Below are positions 9,349 through 17,081 of a stretch of 64,000 nucleotides of DNA, piece by piece. This DNA comes from Minisyncoccota bacterium (GTDB lineage Bacteria; Patescibacteriota; Minisyncoccia; Phycocordibacterales; UBA9973): contig JBAZSF010000002.1 of the NCBI GenBank assembly GCA_041662525.1, positions 3,121 through 67,120 of the forward strand. The letters run 5' to 3'. A model generated the notes under the pieces. That model was not told where the DNA came from. It worked only from the letters and a program-made list of their open reading frames with translations, and ran no database searches. A program made the translations under genes and the position numbers. Position 1 is the first letter of the stretch; each line of letters opens with the position of its first letter.

Positions 9349-10114
9349 AATGTTTTTGTTTTTTATTTTTAACTAAAAGTCTTGTACCTGAAAAATTCTT
9401 ACCTATAGCTTCTACTATCGTTCCTGGTTTTTCACCATTACCGATAAGTGTTTCTACTCCTCTTTTGGTTGCATATTCAGCAGAAGAAATTTTTGCGCAC
9501 ATCCCCCCCACCCCCAGCTCAGACTTCCCAACTGAGCACAATGCTTTTATCTTATCATCAACCTTTTCTACATTTTTTATTAATTTTGCATCTTTATTAT
9601 GATCAGGATTATCTGTAAAAACTCCGTTTTGATTAGTCAAAATCAAAAGCTTGTCCGCCTTTAATCCCACCGCCACCATTGCGCTCAACGTGTCGTTGTC
9701 ATTGACTCTCAAGTCTTCCCTCTTCATTACATCATTCTCATTTATAATTGGTAAAACTTTATGTGAAAGCATCGCTTCTATGTTTAAAACAAAATTCTTA
9801 AAATGTTCTTTATTCGTAAAATCATCACTTAATATCAAAATTTGACCAACAACAATTTTATATTTTTTAGCTACATTGATATAGTTATGCATTAACATGG
9901 GCTGTCCAACAGCCGCAGCCACTTTTTTTCGAAGTGGGCTTACAAAATTAACCAACGGTAATCCTGTGCCGATAGCACCAGAAGTCACCAAAATAACTTC
10001 ATGCCCGAGTTTTAAAAGCTCAGCAATTTCTTTGATGATTTGCCTGATTCGTCCTTTATTTAATCCATTTTTACCAGAAATTACTTGGGTACCTATCTTT
10101 ATTACTAAACGCAT
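9338..10114 (-). CDS. proB: Glutamate 5-kinase (short form without PUA domain)
   Basis: Strong match to ProB core: 'LVIKIGTQVISG', 'VILVTSGAIGTG', 'VGDNDTLSA', 'GTGGMCAKISSAEYA'; 258 aa so no PUA domain. Confidence 0.9.
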   Translation of the reverse strand: MRLVIKIGTQVISGKNGLNKGRIRQIIKEIAELLKLGHEVILVTSGAIGTGLPLVNFVSPLRKKVAAAVGQPMLMHNYINVAKKYKIVVGQILILSDDFTNKEHFKNFVLNIEAMLSHKVLPIINENDVMKREDLRVNDNDTLSAMVAVGLKADKLLILTNQNGVFTDNPDHNKDAKLIKNVEKVDDKIKALCSVGKSELGVGGMCAKISSAEYATKRGVETLIGNGEKPGTIVEAIGKNFSGTRLLVKNKKQKHYEN

Positions 10115-10188
10115 ATAAATACTCTAGCTCAATAATTTATTATCTGCAAATACGTAATAATGCTATACTAACTGAAATTTAAAATAAA

Positions 10189-10330
10189 CTGTGAATTATG
10201 AAACTTGTCGCAGGCGCAGTTTTCTGGAAGCATTGCGCAGGATGACGATCCGAGCATAGCAAAAAATCAGTAGATTTTTATGTGTGCTGACAGAAAACTT
10301 GTGCCAAGAAAGAGTTTCGTAATTCACAGT
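10189..10330 (+). mobile_element. MITE-like element, 142 bp, with 16-bp terminal inverted repeats CTGTGAATTATGAAAC / GTTTCGTAATTCACAG; interior is a diverged copy of repeat family R1
   Basis: TIRs read directly; internal 'ttgcgcaggatgacgatccgagcatagcaa' aligns with R1 'ttgcgcaggctgacgagccgagcagttcgctggcatagcaa'. Confidence 0.55.
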
Positions 10331-10341
10331 GAAAAAAATAT

Positions 10342-11022
10342 ATGGAAAATAAAACAGCCGAATCATACCCAATGCGGATAAATAAATATCTGGCTCTTAA
10401 AAAAATCTCCACTAGACGTGGAGCAGATCTTCTAGTAAAAGACAAAAAAGTCTTTATCAATAAAAAATTGGCAGTCCTCGGCAGTCAAGTAAATGAGACT
10501 GATGTAGTAGAAGTAAAAGGTGCAAAACCCGTAGAATATAAATATTTTGCCTACAATAAACCAATAGGAACCGAAACAGATTCTCCTAAAAAAGATCTCT
10601 TTCCTTTGGGAAGACTTGATAAAAATTCCCATGGACTTTTGATACTTACTAATGATGGGCGAATAACTGATCAACTCTTAAACCCAAAATATTTTCATGA
10701 AAAAGAATACGTCGTTCGCACCAAAGAAAAACTCCGCTCAAACTTCAAACAAAAAATGGAAGAAGGCGTAGATATTGAAGGATATAAAACAAAACCATGC
10801 AAAATAAAAATAATGAGTGAAAATACTTTCAAAGTAATTTTAACCGAAGGAAAAAAACATCAAATCCGCCGAATGTGCGCAAACCTTTTCCAAGAAGTCG
10901 CTGACCTGAAACGTGAAAGAATCATGAATATAAAATTAGGAAACTTAAAGCCAAAAGCTATAAGAGAAATAAAAGGCGAAGAATTAACTATTTTTCTAAA
11001 TCAAGTACTTCATCAATCCTAA
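10342..11022 (+). CDS. rRNA pseudouridine synthase, RsuA/RluB/RluF family (S4 domain + catalytic domain)
   Basis: 'MRINKYLALKKISTRRGADLLV' (S4), catalytic 'GRLDKNSHGLLILTNDG', 'HQIRRMCANL'. Start ambiguous (10342 or 10371). Confidence 0.8.
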   Translation: MENKTAESYPMRINKYLALKKISTRRGADLLVKDKKVFINKKLAVLGSQVNETDVVEVKGAKPVEYKYFAYNKPIGTETDSPKKDLFPLGRLDKNSHGLLILTNDGRITDQLLNPKYFHEKEYVVRTKEKLRSNFKQKMEEGVDIEGYKTKPCKIKIMSENTFKVILTEGKKHQIRRMCANLFQEVADLKRERIMNIKLGNLKPKAIREIKGEELTIFLNQVLHQS

Positions 11023-12496
11023 TTTGTTTTACAAATTCAGGTACGTGGGAGACTAAAATCATTGCGCCTTTGTATTTGTCTAATGCTTCCGCGATAATAG
11101 GTAAATGGCGAAAATTTATATGATTGGTCGGCTCGTCTAAGATTAAGAGCCCGGGTTTTTGGAGAACTAGTCTAGCAAAAGCAACGAGTCCTTTTTGTCC
11201 TTCTGAAAGACTTCCTATTTTTGTACGAATAAATTCTCCAGTAATTAAAAAACCAGCGGCAATAGAACGCATTCGCTCTTCGTCTAACCTTTCTCCCCCT
11301 TCACGCATAGCGTCTGCTAAAGATTGGTAAACTGTATCTTCAAAGTTTAAAGTAGAAAAATCTTGTCTGTAATACCCGATCCGTGTTCCTTCTTTTACCT
11401 TTTCACCATCAGCATGACCACTCGCTAACCTCTCTAAAAGAGTTGTTTTACCAATACCATTCGGTCCTTGTAATAACAAGTGGTGATTTTTATTTAAAGA
11501 CACCTTAGCTTTATGTTTTACAATTTTCCCATTTTTCATCGTGGTAAAAGAAGAAATATTTAAAATCTCACCAATTAAATCAGGTTGAAAAGGAATAATA
11601 AAAGGCCTGATAGCTTTATCTTCTTTCCGCACATCTACTATCTCTTCTTCAAGCTCTTCTGCTTTTTCCCGCATTCGCTTTGCTACCAAACGCAGTCTTC
11701 CTCCTTTGTATGCAAAAACATTAGCCTGGTCTTTTTTCGCTTGGATTTCTTTTTGCAGTTGGGCATTTTTCATATTTTCTTTTTCTACCCGAGCAGTAAT
11801 ATCTTTCACTACATTAAAATAGTTCCCAACATATTGCTCAATCTTTTTTGTATAAACATCTAAATAAAGCACCCCCTGCGTAAAAGCATTTAGAAATTCT
11901 GCATCGTGGGAAATAACTAAAACCGTCTTTTTGTAATCAACTAAAAATTTTGTCAGATGCGCAATGCCAGCTTTATCTAAATTATTAGTAGGCTCATCTA
12001 AAAGAAGTAGATCTGGATCTTGAATAAGAGCCGAAGCCAAAAGCAAACGAGCTTGTTGTCCACCTGAAAAAGTTTTTATGATTCTGTCATGGACTTTTGT
12101 ATGCCCTTTCAAATTTACCACCTCTAACACGTCATCAATTCTAGGATCAATATCATACACCTTCGCTGATGTTTTATTTTGAAAACATTTCTCAAAAAAT
12201 TCTCTGACAGTCAAACCTAACTCTTCTCTTGGAATAACTTGCCTGGATAGAGCAATCGTAACTCCATTTACAATATTAATAATTCCAGATTCTCGAATAT
12301 TTTTTCCAAAAATAAGTCCAAAAATAGTACTCTTACCAGCACCATTTTGCCCCATTAGAGCAAATTTGGATCCTCGTCGCAAAGTAAAAGACACCTCATC
12401 TAAAATAGGTTTATTTACTCCCCACTCAAATGAAACTTTATCAAATCTAACTATAGTTTCTTGAGTTTTTTGGTTATCTTTCGATTCTTTAGACAT
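10988..12496 (-). CDS. ABC-F family ATPase (two tandem ABC domains, no TM; translation-factor-type)
   Basis: Two Walker A motifs ('GQNGAGKST', 'GPNGIGKTT') and two signatures ('FSGGQQARLLLA', 'LSEGQKGLVAFA') with an inter-domain coiled-coil linker. Confidence 0.85.
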   Translation of the reverse strand: MSKESKDNQKTQETIVRFDKVSFEWGVNKPILDEVSFTLRRGSKFALMGQNGAGKSTIFGLIFGKNIRESGIINIVNGVTIALSRQVIPREELGLTVREFFEKCFQNKTSAKVYDIDPRIDDVLEVVNLKGHTKVHDRIIKTFSGGQQARLLLASALIQDPDLLLLDEPTNNLDKAGIAHLTKFLVDYKKTVLVISHDAEFLNAFTQGVLYLDVYTKKIEQYVGNYFNVVKDITARVEKENMKNAQLQKEIQAKKDQANVFAYKGGRLRLVAKRMREKAEELEEEIVDVRKEDKAIRPFIIPFQPDLIGEILNISSFTTMKNGKIVKHKAKVSLNKNHHLLLQGPNGIGKTTLLERLASGHADGEKVKEGTRIGYYRQDFSTLNFEDTVYQSLADAMREGGERLDEERMRSIAAGFLITGEFIRTKIGSLSEGQKGLVAFARLVLQKPGLLILDEPTNHINFRHLPIIAEALDKYKGAMILVSHVPEFVKQIRIDEVLDLEK

Positions 12497-12549
12497 CCAA
12501 ATACATTAGCTTATTTTTGATAAAATAGCGAGTAAAAAAGACCAACTGC

Positions 12550-12579
12550 TTGACAAATTAGGTTATTTTATGATATACT
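12550..12579 (+). promoter_or_regulatory. Sigma-70-type promoter (TTGACA - 18 bp - TATACT) upstream of cspA-like gene, giving a ~90-nt 5'UTR
   Basis: Hexamers read directly at 12550-12555 and 12574-12579. Confidence 0.45.
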
Positions 12580-12668
12580 GTACATACAAAGTAGGTGCAA
12601 GAAGAGTTTAGAAGAGTCGATTTCTTAAGTATATCTATTTGTCTTTAATAATTTTAACTAAAAAATCA

Positions 12669-12869
12669 ATGACCGGTACAATAAAAAAGATGGTTAGTGA
12701 AAAAGGTTTTGGCTTTATAACAGCAGAAGGACTTCAGAAGGATTTATTCTTCCACAGTAATTCTCTTGTTGGCGTAACCTTTGATGAACTAAAAGAAGGT
12801 GATACTGTTTCTTTTGAAACAGAAGAATCACCAAAAGGATTGAATGCTACAAACGTACAACGTGCGTAA
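12669..12869 (+). CDS. Cold-shock protein (CspA family)
   Basis: 'MTGTIKKMVSEKGFGFITAEG...DLFFHSNSL' aligns with CspA RNP1/RNP2 motifs. Confidence 0.9.
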   Translation: MTGTIKKMVSEKGFGFITAEGLQKDLFFHSNSLVGVTFDELKEGDTVSFETEESPKGLNATNVQRA

Positions 12870-12882
12870 TATCTAATCATAA

Positions 12883-12915
12883 CAAAAAGCCCCCAAATAT
12901 GGGGGCTTTTTGTTT
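12883..12915. terminator. Bidirectional intrinsic terminator (gcccccaaatatgggggc hairpin flanked by A-run and T-run)
   Basis: Between convergent csp (+) and thioredoxin-like (-) genes. Confidence 0.7.
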
Positions 12916-12921
12916 TTTATT

Positions 12922-13200
12922 CTATTGATCGAATTCTTCTCCCTTCGCCCACTTCTTTAATATCTCATAATCCGTATCTCCGCAAATAAATTTCTTTGTT
13001 TGTGTATTATAGAAAAAAGGAACTCCACCACACAATTCTCCATTATCAATGGATAGTAATTTCTTTTCGTTTTCTTTATTATGCCAGACTTCTAATTTTT
13101 CTACTTTTACCCCCTCCTCTTTTTCTAAACGTTCCACTAGCTCGTGCATAGTGACACAATGTGGGCATTCAGTTCCATAAAATTCTAATAAATGATTCAT
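12922..13200 (-). CDS. Thioredoxin-fold protein, glutaredoxin-like (CPHC active site)
   Basis: 'FYGTECPHCV' CxxC motif, ~90 aa, second Cys pair 'GELCGG'. Confidence 0.7.
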   Translation of the reverse strand: MNHLLEFYGTECPHCVTMHELVERLEKEEGVKVEKLEVWHNKENEKKLLSIDNGELCGGVPFFYNTQTKKFICGDTDYEILKKWAKGEEFDQ

Positions 13201-13227
13201 AAAAATGAAAGAAATTTTATTTGTTAT

Positions 13228-13300
13228 TTAGAAAGCCTTGCGACCAGCTCTCGAGCCGAGCAGTTCGCTGGCATAGCAATGCCAGATAGATTGCTTTATA
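13228..13300 (+). repeat. Repeat family R1 copy (…GCCTTGCG-CCAGCTCTCGAGCCGAGCAGTTCGCTGGCATAGCAATGCCAGATAGATTGCTTTATA)
   Basis: Near-identical to copies at 15110-15205 and 43467-43556; contains hairpins ctggcat-agca-atgccag and gcaat-gccagatag-attgc. Confidence 0.6.
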
Positions 13301-13318
13301 AATAGCAAATCAAATTTC

Positions 13319-13582
13319 TTAATTAACCAACTTTGATAAGCGAGATTTCTTGCGAGCGGCATTGTTCTTCTTGATCACCCCTTTTTGCGCGGATTTGTCT
13401 ATCGCCTGAAAAGCAAGTGAGAGCATTTTTCTAGCTTCGGCTTTACCTGTTTCCTTGTTTGTTTTGACAACTTTCTCGATTTTCTTGATTATTTCTTTCA
13501 TTACCTTCTTGCGTTGGTCATTAAAAGCCTTCTTGCGAAGAGAACCTCGGATTGCTTTTTTAGCTGATTGTGTTATTGGCAT
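13319..13582 (-). CDS. rpsT: 30S ribosomal protein S20
   Basis: 'MPITQSAKKAIRGSLRKKAFNDQRKK...' basic 87-aa protein matching bS20. Confidence 0.85.
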   Translation of the reverse strand: MPITQSAKKAIRGSLRKKAFNDQRKKVMKEIIKKIEKVVKTNKETGKAEARKMLSLAFQAIDKSAQKGVIKKNNAARKKSRLSKLVN

Positions 13583-13635
13583 TTATGCAATATAGCAAAA
13601 AACCCAAAAAAATGCAATTATGCTATCATTAATTT

Positions 13636-14223
13636 ATGATTGGAAGCATTAAAGGAAAAATCATATTAAAAACAGACAAATTCCTGATCGTGGAAACGGG
13701 CGGGGTTGGCTATAAAATAAGTGTCTCCCCTGATGTACTAGCCAAGCTTGCCCCTCGACTGCGCTCGGGACAAAATGAAACAGACACTGTTTCATTTTGG
13801 ATACACACTCATGTACGAGAAGACGCTTTAGACTTGTATGGATTTTTAGAACGTTCAGAATTGGAATTTTTCGAAATGCTAATAAATATATCTGGCATAG
13901 GACCAAGGTCTGCCTTAGCAATTTTAGGAATTGCTTCAATTGAAACATTAAGAAAAGCTATTGGGACTGGAGACACTTCATATCTCACAAAAATATCAGG
14001 CATTGGTAAAAAAACTGCAGAAAGAATTGTAATTGAACTACGCGACAAAATGGGAACAAATTTAGAAGGAAGTTCCTTGCAGGGAGAATTAGACGCATTA
14101 GAAGCGCTTAAGTCTCTCGGCTATTCTCAAAACGAAGCACGTGAAGCATTAAAAAAAGTTACTCCTGATGCCAGCACCAATATAAAAATAAAAGAAGCGC
14201 TAAAAATTTTAGGAAATAAGTAA
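13636..14223 (+). CDS. ruvA: Holliday junction branch-migration complex subunit RuvA
   Basis: 'MIGSIKGKII...VETGGVGYKISV' OB domain, HhH 'ISGIGPRSALAIL', C-terminal domain III. Confidence 0.9.
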   Translation: MIGSIKGKIILKTDKFLIVETGGVGYKISVSPDVLAKLAPRLRSGQNETDTVSFWIHTHVREDALDLYGFLERSELEFFEMLINISGIGPRSALAILGIASIETLRKAIGTGDTSYLTKISGIGKKTAERIVIELRDKMGTNLEGSSLQGELDALEALKSLGYSQNEAREALKKVTPDASTNIKIKEALKILGNK

Positions 14224-14232
14224 ATAAAAACT

Positions 14233-15096
14233 ATGCCTGAGCTTCCAGAAGTTGAAACAACCACAAGGGGCCTAAGAAAAACGGTAGTAGGTCTCACAAT
14301 AAAAAATGTCTGGACTGATTTAGCAACAAAAGATAAACGCAAGACAGACAGTGTGGCCAATCCTAAATTTTTCAAAATTTTCAAGAAAGAAATTCTAAAT
14401 AAAAAAATTATATCAGTAGAAAGGCGTGCAAAAAATATTCTCATAAATCTTTCTGGCAAAAAAGAAACACAGCAAACTATTCTTATTCATCTAAAAATGA
14501 CCGGCTATTTATTTTATGGCAAAGATCCAGAAATTAAATTCGCACATGTAATTTTTACTTTAAGTAATAGTTATTATTTAATTTTTTCGGATATGCGTAA
14601 ATTCGGAAAGATAACTCTACTGGATACTAAAATTGCGCACGACAGTAAGCATTTAAATAATATCGGACCGGAACCACTTGATAAAAATTTCACTTTACCT
14701 AAATTAAAAGAACGTTTAAATAAAAAACCTACAGGTAAAATAAAAACCGTTTTAATGAATCAGGGAATCATAGCTGGTATTGGTAATATTTACTCGGATG
14801 AAATCCTCTGGCATGCTAACGTGCATCCAGAGAGAAAAGTTTCTACACTAAAAAATTCAGAAATTAAATTAATATTTAAAGCAATAAAAGAAACTCTCAA
14901 AAAAGGTATTGATTTCGGTGGAGATTCAATGTCAGATTATAAAAATATTTATGGCTTGCCTGGTAAATTCCAACTACACCATGAAGCATATAGACGCACT
15001 GGAGAAAAATGCAGAAAAAAAAATTGTAAAGGTATAATAATAAGAAAAGTTATAAATAGCCGCAGCGCACACTTTTGTGATACTCATCAAAAATAA
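14233..15096 (+). CDS. mutM: Formamidopyrimidine-DNA glycosylase (Fpg/Nei family)
   Basis: N-terminal 'MPELPEVE', H2TH region, C-terminal zinc finger 'CRKKNCKGIIIRKVINSRSAHFCDTHQ'. Confidence 0.9.
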   Translation: MPELPEVETTTRGLRKTVVGLTIKNVWTDLATKDKRKTDSVANPKFFKIFKKEILNKKIISVERRAKNILINLSGKKETQQTILIHLKMTGYLFYGKDPEIKFAHVIFTLSNSYYLIFSDMRKFGKITLLDTKIAHDSKHLNNIGPEPLDKNFTLPKLKERLNKKPTGKIKTVLMNQGIIAGIGNIYSDEILWHANVHPERKVSTLKNSEIKLIFKAIKETLKKGIDFGGDSMSDYKNIYGLPGKFQLHHEAYRRTGEKCRKKNCKGIIIRKVINSRSAHFCDTHQK

Positions 15097-15109
15097 GAGA
15101 ATATAAAAT

Positions 15110-15205
15110 TTAGAAAGCCTTGCGCAGGCTGACGAGCCGAGCAGTTCGCTGGCATAGCAATGCCAGATAGATTGCTTTATAGATTTTGATATTTTCTTAT
15201 TTTTG
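15110..15205 (+). repeat. Repeat family R1 copy (full: TTAGAAAGCCTTGCGCAGGCTGACGAGCCGAGCAGTTCGCTGGCATAGCAATGCCAGATAGATTGCTTTATAGATTTTGATATTTTC)
   Basis: Almost base-for-base identical to 43467-43556. Confidence 0.6.
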
Positions 15206-15235
15206 AATTCTAAAATTATAGAATCAAAATTTTTG

Positions 15236-15300
15236 TCGGTACAGATTTTTTGAAGCTTAAAAAATCCTGAAGTTTGCTCGCCGTCGCTCGCAAAACCCCT
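15236..15300 (+). repeat. Repeat homologous (reverse complement) to interior of MITE-like element at 7114-7200
   Basis: 'cggtacagattttttgaagcttaaaaaatcctgaagtt' is the exact reverse complement of 7151-7188. Confidence 0.5.
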
Positions 15301-15313
15301 TAAAAACTTTATT

Positions 15314-15793
15314 CTATAATTTTAAAATCCTAAAAAGTGCTATCCCTATCGCGACAGAAACATTTAACGATTCTTTTTTGCCTCGCATGGGAATTTCAGC
15401 AATTATATCGCATTTTTTTAGATTGCTCTTGGAAATTCCAGCCACTTCTTCCCCAACCAAGAATGCATTTTTATTTTGCAATTTAACCTTTTTATAATCA
15501 ACAGATTTTTTATCTTGCTCTATCCCGATAATTAAAAATTTTTCTTTCTTTAATTTAGTAAGTAATGTGGAGATACTTTTTTTCTGTTCCCAAGGCACGA
15601 ACTCTTCTGCACCCAAGGCAGATTTTGCCAGGTCTCCCCTCTTCCTACCAAATCGATCGAGTGGTGTCGGCGTATAACCCGTCAAATAAATTTTATTTAT
15701 TCCCGCCGCATCAGCCGTACGAAACATCGCTCCGACATTTTCTACGCTTCGAATGTTGTGCAGTATTAAAATATTTTTCTGTATTTTTTTCAT
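15314..15793 (-). CDS. SpoU/TrmH-family RNA 2'-O-methyltransferase
   Basis: SPOUT motifs 'NVGAMFRTADAAG', 'FLVGEEVAGIS', 'IPMRGKKESLNVSVAIGIALF'. Confidence 0.8.
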   Translation of the reverse strand: MKKIQKNILILHNIRSVENVGAMFRTADAAGINKIYLTGYTPTPLDRFGRKRGDLAKSALGAEEFVPWEQKKSISTLLTKLKKEKFLIIGIEQDKKSVDYKKVKLQNKNAFLVGEEVAGISKSNLKKCDIIAEIPMRGKKESLNVSVAIGIALFRILKL

Positions 15794-17004
15794 TATTTTT
15801 TATGTAAAAAATTCTTATTTCGCATATTTTTATGATAATTTATAGCAAATCGATGAGCTTCATTATTTGCTAGTAGAATTTCTCTTTTATATTTTAACCC
15901 AAACTCCTTATCCCCCATTATTGCTTTTGGCTTGTGCCTTTCATCTTTTAATACTGAAACTGTAGTGATATTTATGCCCATTTTCTTTAAAACATTTTTT
16001 GTAACATTAATTTGTGCCATACCACCGTCCACCACTATTAAATCTGGAAACATCCACTCTTTATGCGCCAACCTTCTTTCTAATACTTCTTTTAATGCAC
16101 CAATATCGTTGGCATTATCTTGAGTTCTGATTTTAAATTTTTTATATTCACTTTTTACCACTTCTCCATCTTCAACAACCACCATAGAACCAACCATATT
16201 TTTACCTCCCATATGAGCTATGTCATAAGCCTCAATTCTAAACACAGGCTTTAGGCTATAGGCACTAGGCTCTAGCTTTAAAAGAGCAATGTCGTTTATG
16301 TGTTGGAGTGAAAAAATCCTTCTTTTTGTTTTATTCGCTTGTTCAAATTCCTTATTCTTTGCATACAACATCATTTCCTTTTTAAAATTAGAAACGACTT
16401 TCTTTTTCTTACCTTCAAAAAATAATTTGAGATTTTTTATATTTTTGTCGTATGCTATTTTTGCCTCGGTAGTTCCAATATCGGGCGCAAGTCCTATCTG
16501 CTGATAAAATTCAAGATGATCTGGCTGTGCAGACTTGGCATCTAGATATGGAAAAATATGCCGAATTATTTTCATTGCTTCTTTGAGCTGAGACCCATTT
16601 GTAAATGGTCCATATGTTTTAGTAAAATTCTTTTTAATTAAATTTCTCCCACGAATAACTAAAATTTTAGGAAATTCTTCTTTGGTAATACAAACATAAT
16701 TAAAACTTTTATCATCCTTTTCTTTTGTATTGTAATAAGGCTGATGTTTTTTAATCAGATTGGCTTCTAAAATAATTGCTTCTAAAACGGAGTCAGTGGC
16801 TTCCCATTTTACATTATCTGATTTAAAGGCCATATCTAAAATGAGTGGGCCTCTGGTATTAATCAAGTCCTTACTGAAATAGCTTTTCGTGCGATCTCGA
16901 AGAGATGTCGCCTTTCCAATATATAAAATCTTATTATTTTTTAAGAAAAAATATACACCAGGATTGTCTGGTAGTTTTAATTTTTTAAGTATTTCTATTT
17001 TCAT
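15793..17004 (-). CDS. uvrC: Excinuclease ABC subunit C, shortened (GIY-YIG + RNase H-like endonuclease domains, no C-terminal (HhH)2)
   Basis: GIY-YIG 'PGVYFFLKNNKILYIGKATSLRDR', endonuclease domain 'RIEAYDIAHMGGKNMVGSMVV'; only 403 aa. Confidence 0.75.
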   Translation of the reverse strand: MKIEILKKLKLPDNPGVYFFLKNNKILYIGKATSLRDRTKSYFSKDLINTRGPLILDMAFKSDNVKWEATDSVLEAIILEANLIKKHQPYYNTKEKDDKSFNYVCITKEEFPKILVIRGRNLIKKNFTKTYGPFTNGSQLKEAMKIIRHIFPYLDAKSAQPDHLEFYQQIGLAPDIGTTEAKIAYDKNIKNLKLFFEGKKKKVVSNFKKEMMLYAKNKEFEQANKTKRRIFSLQHINDIALLKLEPSAYSLKPVFRIEAYDIAHMGGKNMVGSMVVVEDGEVVKSEYKKFKIRTQDNANDIGALKEVLERRLAHKEWMFPDLIVVDGGMAQINVTKNVLKKMGINITTVSVLKDERHKPKAIMGDKEFGLKYKREILLANNEAHRFAINYHKNMRNKNFLHKK

Positions 17005-17081
17005 CCCAGTACTAAAATTTTAATAATAATGTTTATCGTTATGTCCCTATCCAAAAATTTAGTACGGGACAGGTATAATTT

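Noticed and set aside
15121-15150. 'CUGACGAG' in repeat family R1 resembles the hammerhead ribozyme CUGANGA core
   Set aside because: No GAAA and cleavage-site UH in the required positions relative to a stem II hairpin on either strand; the similarity is probably coincidental.
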